A stretch of DNA of 64,000 nt, taken from positions 1 to 64,000 of IMG/VR virus record IMGVR_UViG_3300036860_000131. One strand, written 5' to 3'. The notes below the pieces were generated by a model. The model was given only the letters and a program-made list of their open reading frames with translations. It was not told the DNA's origin and did no database searches. The position numbers and the translations under genes were made by a program. Positions 42,101-51,241 of this stretch are shown piece after piece. Every line of letters starts with the position of its first letter. Position 1 is the first letter of the stretch. The DNA is from a virus.

Positions 42101-43780
42101 GAACGCCGTCCCTGCTGCCTTCGAAGGACGGTAAACCTGAACCCCGGCTCCGCCTTCCCCGAGCGCCGTATTGTTCTGATCACCGTCGGCGTCCTGGTCC
42201 AGTATCGTGCCGCCGATTCGATCGCTCCCGGTTTCCGGGTCGCCGCCATGACATCCCGGCGTACCCGTGATCGATCCGAGCCGAAGGCCGTAATTATCAT
42301 TCGCCGGGCTATCCCAGCCATGGAAGTTCTGGCCGTCCAGCGTGTGGGGATTGGTCGGTAGCGATATGCTACCGTCCGTGCGGATGAACTCAGTGCGCCG
42401 CGGCGAAGTGAAGTCCGCGATGGGACCTTCGCCGATGATGCCAATCGCGGCGGCGAAGTCGCCCTCATCCCGAAATTCGGCAATCATGGCATTTACGGGG
42501 AACCCGACGGCCTGATCATCGTTCGTGACCCGGCAATAGATCTCCGGGAGAACCCGACCATAGATCGTGTCGTTCACCATTGAGGCCGAGGTAAGCGGCG
42601 ATGGCCGACCCAACTTTAAGAATCCGCTCTGGCTGTAATCCTTCGTAAGCACGCTCTGCGGCTGAACGAACAAGCCGCCGAACCTCTTTTCCATGCCGTG
42701 AGCAACGCAACCGTTCGGGGTAAGAAACCCCTTATCGCAGACCGCAGCGTCTGGCGTGAACTCGTAGGTTCTTGTGCGGATCGAGCCGTCGGAATTCTTA
42801 CCGTCGTTGAAAGTCCGCTCGGTGAAGGTCTGATTGCTCTCGTCCGCCCACGGACAGCCGCTCACCTCAACGTTGAATGCCTTCCAGCACGTCCGCGAGA
42901 TGCGCCGCGGCGGGTAGGGCAGCGTCAACTCGTACAGGCCGTCCTGCGCGCGAAGGTGAAACACCGGGTCGGCGCTGCCGGTCCAGTCCGTAACCAGACC
43001 TTTCCATAAGTTGATTTTCGTTCCAGTCGGAACATGGAAAAGAGCGAACTCAATATCGGCCTGGAGCAAATCAACGTCGTTCGCCAAGTACGTCATGACG
43101 TGGTCGGCGTTACCCAGGTCGAACGATGCCAAGTCCGTCTCGCCGCTCATGCCCTGCTCGATCCCATCCCAGGAGAGGATGCGCGGCTGATAGAGTTGGC
43201 CTCCAACCGTGGCGCGCCGATCGGAAATGTAGATCGCAGGGTAGCCCGCCTCGCGCGGCTGGATCTTAACGAGTATGAATATTTCCTGGGCCTGGCGGGC
43301 GAGGTCGGTCTCTAGAGTACTGATCGTGTCGAACCGTTCTACCGTCGCGCTGATCGAATATGTCGGGGTAGTCTGTGGAATCTCAACGAGCGTGACTCCG
43401 GTGCTCGAAAGACAACCGCAGAAGTAATCGAATTCCAATGCCTGATCTTCGAACCGGCAGATGAAATCAGTGAAACTTCCATCCTCATTCGGGGCAGAGT
43501 AGGTGAATGCCCCGACCGCTCCCTGATTCTGAAGCCACCAGGCTTCGAGCGATTTCCGCTCAGTGGGGTCTAGAACTTCCTTTCTTACCGTAAACCGTTT
43601 AGCACCGCCGCCGAGCAGATACCGTTGCTCGATCTTCGCATTGGCGGCAAGTGGGCCGAAGCGGTGGACCACAATCTTCGGCGCATGCGCGCGCCCGTGC
43701 TCATAATCGGTGACTACTGGAAACCCACCACTCGTCGGGGTGATCTCTGGGATTTCAATGTTGCCTAGGAATTCGGGCAC
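39170..43780 (-). CDS. giant tail-tip/host-specificity protein (1536 aa), apparently a fusion of GTA g12/g13/g15-like modules
   Basis: The N-terminus (..RFTVRKEVLDPTERKSLEAWWLQNQGAVGAFTY..) is DUF2460-like. The next region (YQPRILSWDGI...RRISRTCWKAFNVEVSGCPW) is DUF2163/BR0599-like. A large J-like C-terminal part follows. Confidence 0.75.
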   Translation of the reverse strand: MPEFLGNIEIPEITPTSGGFPVVTDYEHGRAHAPKIVVHRFGPLAANAKIEQRYLLGGGAKRFTVRKEVLDPTERKSLEAWWLQNQGAVGAFTYSAPNEDGSFTDFICRFEDQALEFDYFCGCLSSTGVTLVEIPQTTPTYSISATVERFDTISTLETDLARQAQEIFILVKIQPREAGYPAIYISDRRATVGGQLYQPRILSWDGIEQGMSGETDLASFDLGNADHVMTYLANDVDLLQADIEFALFHVPTGTKINLWKGLVTDWTGSADPVFHLRAQDGLYELTLPYPPRRISRTCWKAFNVEVSGCPWADESNQTFTERTFNDGKNSDGSIRTRTYEFTPDAAVCDKGFLTPNGCVAHGMEKRFGGLFVQPQSVLTKDYSQSGFLKLGRPSPLTSASMVNDTIYGRVLPEIYCRVTNDDQAVGFPVNAMIAEFRDEGDFAAAIGIIGEGPIADFTSPRRTEFIRTDGSISLPTNPHTLDGQNFHGWDSPANDNYGLRLGSITGTPGCHGGDPETGSDRIGGTILDQDADGDQNNTALGEGGAGVQVYRPSKAAGTAFAEIRRSDAKGLQPSNLQEHNMVISIRQGLGGWIWTESGREWMPGLYNPIWIAVNLILRAMRVHLADAATQEALLDIESAKIAAAVCDQEVTRLIGSEASTTETQFTFNGLLAEQKPLRDWLQEVLNCCLGYYTFAFGKIRFGIRVNSSVRAAFSDGNTLWRSLSFAPLKPSFNHLTGTFADEEYGFAGNTVEVYDIDHAVMVGRAGAPQFQKSTIAYPGVSTKSQCARLVATRLREELGGIQPETWKYARTIRFKTTILALNTEPGMVCSLENIDLPTYPATLPGSVDPQIARDQYLEFRCLRWRLNQDFSVDIEGRSTHNEIYDLIVGPKPADVFADPIPTEDLRPAAWRFRASTEQDGRLKLDRFAVGRGSNGVRTGYFDIYYADESTNRYGTIVGDCTKEATTFTYSGMPPVEGEWLAADAELMEVVRVTPESAMSNFGTVEVRRGVLGTEARPHMRVNATILAKDADFPNLLTVETGLKLRPGAAVVVNDTTLPPFDQQQVNFYDIATGELIVNTPLPTGDVGEAIYQDVRLWKVRVRREKIEFAPGFFRSQNQARFEQLVDLPSAGVVLVRGVLESNRGLRSLPVDLYALTTREMAPIRARDTAWPHRIRTLGEQTLQFLLTDVAGGSSADIGDSLLTEQQTFAEAYALRTTGVIPTPPAISSVATTVLQTKGSIILSGTCDATVVLSLRVSAIKDAPVTTSDHGAVSMIFPAWVAFDHPEAQDSLGDFQLDLVALSIADWLNADPAFASYFIAEALNEGGSPAVNKVLIYDRIGTGGQLVSETNGPLTATTGGFASQLGVRIGRRYAIAWSGTGFRSELSPLSPSTGPTGDATRIEISGIPASTDPRVDTVEIYALADGYDPASVQAPNPVAYLVAGVANGELSASDEFPEDELALQTPYGGAIQPASDGVLTIRVRRNDGDWFDLFLPADESKSNHVHGFAMDPVAEGDRVTVDAENEGGSTGVVVLLR

Positions 43781-43798
43781 TGGGAACCGTGGAAAAAT

Positions 43799-45121
43799 TT
43801 ATTTTGCAAGTCCATAACAGCGGATAGTGCCGCTGGTAAGGTTGCCGGTAGATGCGAAAAATTGGACGGCGTTGACCGCCGTGTTCTGCTCGTAGATCCC
43901 GGAGACGATATGGACAATACGCAGGGCAGTGGTATTTCGGAATTGAATTTGTCCATTGACGGCCTTGTGAACAGAGGTGCTGCCGGGAGAATAGAGTTTC
44001 AGTGTACCGACAAGCCCGAAGGAGGCCGCGTTTCCGATCCCGTTGGTTTCGGAGAAGACGATAGCCGTTTGCCCGGTACCGGAACCCGCTGCCGAGCCGC
44101 CATTGAAACGAAATGCTTGGTAGCTATAATCGGTGGCAGTGACCCAGGTAGACCCACCATCCGTAGATACCCGCATGTGAAGAAATGCCCCGTCGGTCGC
44201 CGGCAGGATATTAAGGAGTTCGAATTGGTAGGTGTCGTAGGTGCCAGAGATGCACGTTGTGAAGTCTAAGGAGGCCGAGGTGCTGGCGGTGTGCTGCTCG
44301 ATTAGATTTAACCCCGAGCTACCGGCCGTGGTGGTGGCGCACGGGGAGAGCATCTGCATGTTGGTGCCGTCGTAGGCGACTTCGACAATGGAACCGGACT
44401 CGATGCAACCATCGTCGGGGTCCTGGTCATGCAGGCGTTTGATTGACTTGGCACCGAGGGAATTAAAATTGATCGTCGCCGCCCCCGTGTTGGCCGTGTT
44501 CGCCTTAAAGAAATAATGAGCCCCGGTCACGTAAGCGCTGATAGCTGGGGAGAGCGTAGCAGTATACGTATCATTGGCCCCGGCGTCGGCTGCGTACATG
44601 GCGGACCCGATGTCGTCGGCCACGGCCGGGCGGGAGGTGGTAGAGGAGGTACGGAATACGATGGAGTTGGAGCCAGGGTCGCCAAGTCCGGTGGCCGATG
44701 ATCCGGCGGTGAGCCAGGAGGAACCATCCCACCACTTCAATTTGTTGGCATCGCCGGAGTCACAGGCCAATACGCCGGTGGCAGGGCTGGAGGGTAGGGC
44801 GGAACAGACGATTTTTGCGCCAGCGATGGAAGCGGATGCTTGGAAGGTTTGGAGCGCCCCGGCAGAGAATGTATTCGCCGCGGTCGTAGTAATTGCAGTG
44901 GCGGAGAACGATGTCCAGGTGTTAGTTGACGTGCAGAAGTGGAGGTCTGGGTTTGGTGTACAGCCCGATCCGTTGCACACGAACACGTCGCGATTTGCGA
45001 CACACGAGGTGGGGCGGTTCGCAAAAACATCGACCCTCTTGACGTTCCAGCGGGACGCCCCGAATTGCGCAGCAAGTGGAACCGCGATGGCTAGAATGAA
45101 AAACGTTCGCTTCATTTTCAA
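43799..45121 (-). CDS. tail-region protein with a signal-peptide-like N-terminus (440 aa)
   Basis: N-terminus MKMKRTFFILAIAVPLAAQ. Cys-rich N-terminal part, beta-rich remainder and lower GC. Confidence 0.55.
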   Translation of the reverse strand: MKMKRTFFILAIAVPLAAQFGASRWNVKRVDVFANRPTSCVANRDVFVCNGSGCTPNPDLHFCTSTNTWTSFSATAITTTAANTFSAGALQTFQASASIAGAKIVCSALPSSPATGVLACDSGDANKLKWWDGSSWLTAGSSATGLGDPGSNSIVFRTSSTTSRPAVADDIGSAMYAADAGANDTYTATLSPAISAYVTGAHYFFKANTANTGAATINFNSLGAKSIKRLHDQDPDDGCIESGSIVEVAYDGTNMQMLSPCATTTAGSSGLNLIEQHTASTSASLDFTTCISGTYDTYQFELLNILPATDGAFLHMRVSTDGGSTWVTATDYSYQAFRFNGGSAAGSGTGQTAIVFSETNGIGNAASFGLVGTLKLYSPGSTSVHKAVNGQIQFRNTTALRIVHIVSGIYEQNTAVNAVQFFASTGNLTSGTIRCYGLAK

Positions 45122-46458
45122 TTTTGAATGACGGATATCCGAACCGTCACGTCAGTACCGGCGACATAGGTTGGAGTGCCGCGAGAAACAAGCGCTCCGA
45201 ACAGAGTAGTGCCGCTGGCCAACTTGAAGCCAGAAGCGAGCGTCACCTGTGCAATCGCGTTGTCAGCAAAGTCGGCGTAGTCCGAGAATCGGTATATTCC
45301 GATGATCTTGGTGAGGTCCGCATCCGCGATATCGAGCGCCGCCTGATCCGTAAACGTGGTCCCGGTCGGGTCGGCGTCAAACAGCACAAGATCGATTTCA
45401 GCGTCCTGCTTCGCTTGATCAGCAAGCAAACAATTCAGGATTTCTCCGCCGCCGGCGGATGCTAGGACAGCACTCGTAAAGGAGAGCTTCCCGCCGATCA
45501 GATCGCCACTCGCATAAATCGCTGTGTCCACCGTCGGGGAAGCGGAGAGAGTTGCGTGTGTCCGACCCGTTTTTCCAATGAATGCCGAACCAGCCGCGAG
45601 AATGGTCCCCGTGAGAAGATTCTGAACGGCAGTAAGGATCGAAGATTGATTGGCGGAAGTCGCAGCCCCGGTCGGTAGCGGAAGGGATGCGGCGGAAACG
45701 GGCTGCGTCACTCCGCTGCCGTCGACGGGGAGTCGCCCTGAGGCTGGAGTATACTGTGCGAGGTTTACAGCTCCGATGGTTGCGGACCCGGCTCCAAGCG
45801 TGACATCAATCGGCAGCCCTTCTTGGTCCGCCGGGAACACCGTCGGGATTCCTGGAAGCGTCGGAAGCAGAATGGACTGAAGGCGGAAAGCGCTCTGGCT
45901 CACGCCGCCGTTGATGTAGCGAACGCGGAACCACTTCGCCTCAACAGCGAAGGTGTAATGCCTGGCAACGTCCGCAGCAACGGTGAACGTGTGGGAAAGG
46001 TCCCAGTTGGTGTTGTCGGAGCTGAATTCAATCTTCAGGCCGTCCGCCGCGCTGGCTTCGTCCGCGATCACCGAGACCGCGACGCCCTGATAGTTGCTCA
46101 GGTCCTCGCCGGTGCCCGTGAAGCTGGCGCCGCTGCCCAGCGTGGCCGTGCTGGAGTTGACCGTCGATACCTTGTTCGGTAGCGGGTCGCTGGAAATTAC
46201 GACGGGCAGGGAATCGCTGGCGGCGAGGCGGCCAAGGGCGGCCGGCATGCGCTCGAATGCCCATTTCACCAATCCGCGGAGTTTACCGGACCATGTGCCA
46301 GCGACATCGGTGACTACCGCTGAGTCGGCATTCGCGCCGAAGGGATCGGCGGGCATCAAGTCGACATTGTGGTGCGGCGTCTGGACGCCACCATTGTCGG
46401 TAGTCTTGACGATCTGCTCGTCGCCGTTGTAATCCTTTACGTGGATATTGTTTGCCAC
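45118..46458 (-). CDS. hypothetical tail protein (446 aa)
   Basis: ORF in the tail-tip module with ATGA coupling. Confidence 0.55.
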   Translation of the reverse strand: MANNIHVKDYNGDEQIVKTTDNGGVQTPHHNVDLMPADPFGANADSAVVTDVAGTWSGKLRGLVKWAFERMPAALGRLAASDSLPVVISSDPLPNKVSTVNSSTATLGSGASFTGTGEDLSNYQGVAVSVIADEASAADGLKIEFSSDNTNWDLSHTFTVAADVARHYTFAVEAKWFRVRYINGGVSQSAFRLQSILLPTLPGIPTVFPADQEGLPIDVTLGAGSATIGAVNLAQYTPASGRLPVDGSGVTQPVSAASLPLPTGAATSANQSSILTAVQNLLTGTILAAGSAFIGKTGRTHATLSASPTVDTAIYASGDLIGGKLSFTSAVLASAGGGEILNCLLADQAKQDAEIDLVLFDADPTGTTFTDQAALDIADADLTKIIGIYRFSDYADFADNAIAQVTLASGFKLASGTTLFGALVSRGTPTYVAGTDVTVRISVIQN

Positions 46459-46459
46459 T

Positions 46460-46936
46460 TTAGAGCCCGGCTGTCAGAATTTGTGCAGATGCGTTCTCGG
46501 TATCAAAGAACCAGCCCTCGCCGTCCGCAAAAGCAACCGTCACTTCCGCCAGGCCGATCGTCGCAACCGCCCGCTCAACACCCTTGCTCTGATCCCAGGG
46601 CCCAGCGAAGCGCACGATGAATCGCCCGTTGTCGCTGGCTCCGGTGCCGTCAAAGTTGCCGATCGGCGTCGATTCCTGGTGATCGTAAAACCAAAATGCC
46701 GTGTTTCTATGGGCATCGTAGAAATCGCGCAATTCGGTGAGCAGCGTCGGCGTGAGCCGCTTCGAGATGCGCCATGAGCGCCGCGAGTTGTCCAGGTTCG
46801 TTTCGCCTTCACGTTGCGTCCAGCCGTCAGCATATTCATTGATCCGGTTCTCCCAGACCTGGGACTGCGTGAACGCCGAGCAAAGCGAATTCGGCATAAC
46901 TCCGACGGGGATGGCATGGGGGACCGCACGCGGCAT
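46460..46936 (-). CDS. distal-tail (Dit / lambda gpL-position) -like protein
   Basis: RRSWRISKRLTPTLLTELRDFYDAHRNTAFWFYD resembles the DUF2460-type pattern. The start was chosen after an AT-rich 46937-47004 gap. Confidence 0.5.
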   Translation of the reverse strand: MPRAVPHAIPVGVMPNSLCSAFTQSQVWENRINEYADGWTQREGETNLDNSRRSWRISKRLTPTLLTELRDFYDAHRNTAFWFYDHQESTPIGNFDGTGASDNGRFIVRFAGPWDQSKGVERAVATIGLAEVTVAFADGEGWFFDTENASAQILTAGL

Positions 46937-47004
46937 TGATTTCAGTAAGTTGCGTCGTAGTTTTGCAAAATGTGCTGATAATATAAGCGTTGAATGCAAA
47001 AGCT

Positions 47005-47328
47005 CTACGTCCGGCCCTGCCCACCCGGACGCGCGTTGTCCCGGTCACTCATGCCTTCGACGAACGCGATCTGCCTGTCCGCCTCCCGGATGGTGACCTC
47101 CTGGTCCTGCATGTAGAGGACTTCACGCAGCGAGAGCGTGGTGTCCTTGTACGGAATGCGCACCGTGTCTCCGGCAGCGGCCACAAGCTCGGCGATGCTG
47201 TTCAGCACCGCCTTGATCGGGAGATGTTCGTATTCGCGGACCACGTTCTCCCGGTGCTCGGCGATGTGGCGCTTGACCTCGTGCCGCTCCTCGGCTGCGG
47301 ATTCGGCTGGCGTGATGCGTTTTGGCAT
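47005..47328 (-). CDS. hypothetical minor tail protein (lambda gpM position)
   Basis: Called from its position directly after the tape measure gene. Confidence 0.45.
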   Translation of the reverse strand: MPKRITPAESAAEERHEVKRHIAEHRENVVREYEHLPIKAVLNSIAELVAAAGDTVRIPYKDTTLSLREVLYMQDQEVTIREADRQIAFVEGMSDRDNARPGGQGRT

Positions 47329-47337
47329 AAGCTCTCC

Positions 47338-50300
47338 TTATGAAGTTAGGGAACCCGGCGCGAGTTGCAGGGCGAGGTTGTTCCGGCGGCCGAAGTTCTG
47401 CCGGTTCGCTTCCGTAGCCGCCGCAGCAACCGCCCTCGGATTTTCCATGATGACTCGCACCGTACGGCCCTCGAACACGTCCATGGTCTGTTGCGGGTTC
47501 AGATTCAGCACGGCCTCGACCACGATCGGCGGCGCTGACGGCTGCGTCGTGACGCCACGCGGGTTTGTCGGGATAAGACTCGTGGCACTACCACCGAAAA
47601 CGGGCAGGCTGCCGCCGAATGAAAGCCCGCGGCCGTTCTCAAAGATGGGATTCTGGAACAGGCCGCTGCCGCTTTCGACCAGCGAGACGGCTCGGAGCCG
47701 CGCTTGGGTGCCGAAGTTCTGCCCGCTTGACATCGCGTAGAGTTCCAGCATGTCCTTGATTTGCGGGCTGCGGATGCCGACGTCGATGTTGCCGCCGAAG
47801 TTCTGCTTCACAAGAGCAACGAGTTGCTTCGCGAAGCTCCTATCGATGGTCAGGCTATAGGCCGCCTTCACCTTCTCAACCATCTTGTCTTCAGCGCCCT
47901 TGAAGAAAAGTCGAATGGTGCCGGCAATCGCACCGACTCCCGCCCCAATCAATGCGCCAATCGGACCTCCATATTGCGCACCGAAGATCGCGCCGCCAGC
48001 GATGGTCATGCCGAGACCTGAAAGTCCGCCACGCACGAGGCCAGCGCCGAACAATCCGACACCCGCGCCGCCGAGCGCACCGAGCAGGTGCCCGCCGACG
48101 ATCAACTGCGTGCCCAGGAGCGCGCCGCCGCCGACTGTGGCCGCTGTGCCGCCGAGCGAGTGTGCTCGGGGCAATCCCGCGAGTAGCAAGCCAGCGCCGC
48201 CCGCCACTGCCGCGCCGCCGAGCGCGCTGGTGCCGCCCAGACCAATCCTGCTAAGCGGTCCACCCACGCCGCCGAGGCCAGCCACCGGCCCGGCAAACCC
48301 GCTCGTGCCGCCCGGCCCGCCCACGATGCCGGCCAAGCTCGCGAGTGGCCCGCCGCCCACGCCAGCGCCGAAGCCACCAGTCGCCACGCCGGCGAGTGCT
48401 CCGCCCGAGAATGCCGCTGAGGCCGTCGCAAGCGCGACTGTGTTCTGCTGCGTCGCCATCGTGTTGAGATCGGTTGCCCTCGTCACCGGATTGCTTCCAC
48501 CGAACAGCCCACGGAGCGAGCCAGCGATGCCTCCGGTTCCGCCGCTGCCGAAGATTGTCGACTGGAGCGCGCCCGCAACCCGGTCTGCGAGTCCCTCCAT
48601 AATCGGCCTCAACGTGGCATTACGCACCGTTTCAAGGAACCGCTGCCCGAATTCCCGCGGCCTAGTGAACAGCGTCTCCATGAGCGATTCCGCCGCCCGC
48701 TTGATGCTCTCGAACTGGCCGCGTTCAATCTCGGCCATGCGGAGCCGTAGCTCGGCTTCGTTCTGCATCGAGGATTCGCGGAAGCGCACGATGTCTCCGG
48801 TCAGGCGAAACTCTTCCTGGAGCGCGGTCTGGCGGATTTCGGCGATGCGTTGCGCGGCCCCGAGTTCTCCGCCTGGGCGGGTGCGGAGTTCGATGAGCCG
48901 TGCGGTCAGCTCGGTCTCGGTGCGGAGGCCGGAGAGGCGGATATCGATGGAGCGATTCTGCGACTCGTCCACTGCGGCTGCAAAGCCTTTTAGCCGTTCC
49001 TTGTCTCCTCCCCCACCTATTCGCGCGGATTCCGGGGACACGAACACCTGGCTGATTCCGAAGTTTGCTATACCTTCCGGAAGCGGAAAAGGAATTTGCG
49101 GAGCCTCCGGGTTCAATTCTCCCCGCCGACGGAGCTGTGGCGCCCTGCGAAGCGGCTGATTGACATCGGAAATCTCTTGTCCGGAGACCACGGCCTGGAG
49201 TGCCCCGGAACCAATCTTCAAGAATGTCTGCCCTTCGCGCGCCAGATCCCGCATACGCTCAAGGTTTGAGATCCGCTTCGCTTCGTCCTTCGACAGTTCC
49301 TTGACCAGATCCGAGGCTTGATGGTAAGCCGCAGCAGTGGCCGCTACCGCAGCCTGGAGCCGCTCTGCATCCGACGGCAAAGCTGCCCCTGCGTCCGCTA
49401 ACCGTTCCGCCTCATTACGGGCCTCTTCATATTTCCTCTTCAGCCGGTCCAGGTTAGTCTGCGCAGCCGTCAGTGGATCAACGCGAGTAAGGAATGATCC
49501 AAGTCCGCGCGCCGCGGCTTCGTTGCGCCGCTGAGCTTCGGCTTGAACCTGAAAGCTGTTCTCGGCGAACAGTCCAATGGGCGAGCGCTGTTGTGGTCCA
49601 GCGATGCCAAGTCGTAGCTTGACGAACTCCTCCATTTGCCGACGCATCGCCGCGTCGTTCGTGAGTTCACCAGCAGCCACAGCCCCGCCCTCGCCAGCTT
49701 TCCCCGTACCGCCGCCACTTACGCCGCCGCCCATGGCCCATTTCAGAGCGAACAGCACCGGCACCACGATCGGTTCCTTTAACCGGCGAACTAACTGATC
49801 CCACAGCGACGTAGCTTCGGCGACTTGCTTATGGTAGGCGTCCCACCTTTGGATTTCCTGTTCTGAGGCACCGAAGCTCAACTCACGGGCGCGACGCAAC
49901 CCCTCTCCGAGTTCCAGTAAGTCGGGAAGGACTTCAAGCGCTCCGCGACCCATTATCTTGATCGCCGCCGCGTTTCGCTTCGGCCCTTCTTCGAGCTTGT
50001 TCAACTTGCCCGAGAGTTGCTCCAGGATTTCGGACATCGGCCTAAGCGCCCCGTTAAGACCCACTGCCGTAATCCCAAGATCGCGCAACCCTTCGCGCTG
50101 CTTTTTACCTTCATCACCGAAGTCGCCGAGTCCCTGCGAGAGCTTCCGCATGATGCTCTCGACCTGCGAGATGTCTCCGCCGGCCTGTTGCATCGCGAAG
50201 CTGAACTGACCCACCTCGGTGATGGTCAAGCCTGTTCGAACGGAAATATCCTTGGTCCTGTCCGCGAATTCACCGAGGGATTTAGCCGCCTCGAACCCAG

Positions 50301-50823
50301 CAACGGCGAACCCCACCAAGACCGTTGCGACGCCAGTAATGGCCGTACCGATAGGCCCCAGAGCTGAAAGTAATCCCTGCGCCGCACTGCCAGCCGCCTG
50401 AAGGGGGTGCTCTATCGCCGCCTTTACTTTCTCGCCGAAACCCTCGAAGCCAGAATGTTTTCCAGCCTTCTCTTCGACATCGATCATCTTTCCGTATGCA
50501 GAGCGGACCCGCTCGATGGCCTTCTCCTCGCCCCCGAGACGCGCGATCAGTTGGTCACGCTGCGCAACCAGTCTCTCGATTCCGGTTTTTCCATACGTCA
50601 GCGCGAGTTTCTCAGCGGACGAGGCAAGCCGCTCCACTGAAGTCTTGCTGCGATCCGAGAATCTGACGACGACCTCGCCATGTTTTGCAAACGAATCACT
50701 GGCGCTATCCGTTGCCTTCTTGGCGCGTTTCTCGAACTGCTCAAGCGCTTCGTTCGCCTTACTGGTCGCAGTGACAGCCGGACCTTGGTCGATCTCGATG
50801 ACGACTTGTTCGACCTCAGGCAA
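47338..50823 (-). CDS. tail tape measure protein (1161 aa)
   Basis: Long helical N-terminal part, a Gly-rich hydrophobic region (GGALAGVATGGFGAGVGGG...) and a position upstream of the tail-tip genes. Confidence 0.85.
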   Translation of the reverse strand: MPEVEQVVIEIDQGPAVTATSKANEALEQFEKRAKKATDSASDSFAKHGEVVVRFSDRSKTSVERLASSAEKLALTYGKTGIERLVAQRDQLIARLGGEEKAIERVRSAYGKMIDVEEKAGKHSGFEGFGEKVKAAIEHPLQAAGSAAQGLLSALGPIGTAITGVATVLVGFAVAGFEAAKSLGEFADRTKDISVRTGLTITEVGQFSFAMQQAGGDISQVESIMRKLSQGLGDFGDEGKKQREGLRDLGITAVGLNGALRPMSEILEQLSGKLNKLEEGPKRNAAAIKIMGRGALEVLPDLLELGEGLRRARELSFGASEQEIQRWDAYHKQVAEATSLWDQLVRRLKEPIVVPVLFALKWAMGGGVSGGGTGKAGEGGAVAAGELTNDAAMRRQMEEFVKLRLGIAGPQQRSPIGLFAENSFQVQAEAQRRNEAAARGLGSFLTRVDPLTAAQTNLDRLKRKYEEARNEAERLADAGAALPSDAERLQAAVAATAAAYHQASDLVKELSKDEAKRISNLERMRDLAREGQTFLKIGSGALQAVVSGQEISDVNQPLRRAPQLRRRGELNPEAPQIPFPLPEGIANFGISQVFVSPESARIGGGGDKERLKGFAAAVDESQNRSIDIRLSGLRTETELTARLIELRTRPGGELGAAQRIAEIRQTALQEEFRLTGDIVRFRESSMQNEAELRLRMAEIERGQFESIKRAAESLMETLFTRPREFGQRFLETVRNATLRPIMEGLADRVAGALQSTIFGSGGTGGIAGSLRGLFGGSNPVTRATDLNTMATQQNTVALATASAAFSGGALAGVATGGFGAGVGGGPLASLAGIVGGPGGTSGFAGPVAGLGGVGGPLSRIGLGGTSALGGAAVAGGAGLLLAGLPRAHSLGGTAATVGGGALLGTQLIVGGHLLGALGGAGVGLFGAGLVRGGLSGLGMTIAGGAIFGAQYGGPIGALIGAGVGAIAGTIRLFFKGAEDKMVEKVKAAYSLTIDRSFAKQLVALVKQNFGGNIDVGIRSPQIKDMLELYAMSSGQNFGTQARLRAVSLVESGSGLFQNPIFENGRGLSFGGSLPVFGGSATSLIPTNPRGVTTQPSAPPIVVEAVLNLNPQQTMDVFEGRTVRVIMENPRAVAAAATEANRQNFGRRNNLALQLAPGSLTS

Positions 50824-51241
50824 TCTTGACCACCTTCACCGGAGAAGCCTGATTATGGAGTTCGCGTGAAAACGCCTGACGATTCGTCGGCGACACGCCG
50901 AACTGCCGCCATCGGCGATTATTGAGAGCAGCGCGGAAATTCGATACGGCATCGGTGAATCCGATCACTGCTCGGTTTGGAGCGGCAGACAGAACTTTGA
51001 GAGAGCGGAGCGTGCGGCCTGTCAGAAACCAGTCTCGGATTGGGTTGCCTCCCCGTCGAGCCTTGCGCTTCGCATACGCAGCCTTCAGGCCGGGTGCTAT
51101 GCTGTCGTTCACGTCCTGTCCCCGCATGATGCGCAAGCGCATGTCGTCGGTCAATGCCTGGGCCATCGCGACCATCTGCTGGGGCTGGTAGCCGGGCACG
51201 GAGAACCGCGCCTTCCGAATTACCGTCTGAAACTTAGCCAC
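50816..51241 (-). CDS. hypothetical tail-assembly-associated protein (141 aa)
   Basis: GTG at 51241 overlaps the upstream TAA (GTGGCTAA junction). Confidence 0.5.
   Translation of the reverse strand: MAKFQTVIRKARFSVPGYQPQQMVAMAQALTDDMRLRIMRGQDVNDSIAPGLKAAYAKRKARRGGNPIRDWFLTGRTLRSLKVLSAAPNRAVIGFTDAVSNFRAALNNRRWRQFGVSPTNRQAFSRELHNQASPVKVVKIA

Noticed and set aside
24800-46500. Diversity-generating retroelement or invertible (shufflon-type) fibre segments
   Set aside because: No reverse transcriptase (YxDD) or invertase gene is visible anywhere in the window, and I noticed no template/variable repeat pair at fibre gene 3' ends.
47885-49159. 424-aa plus-strand ORF
   Set aside because: It is antisense to the tape measure gene. 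The translation is almost pure Pro/Ala/Ser/Arg, so this is a shadow frame.
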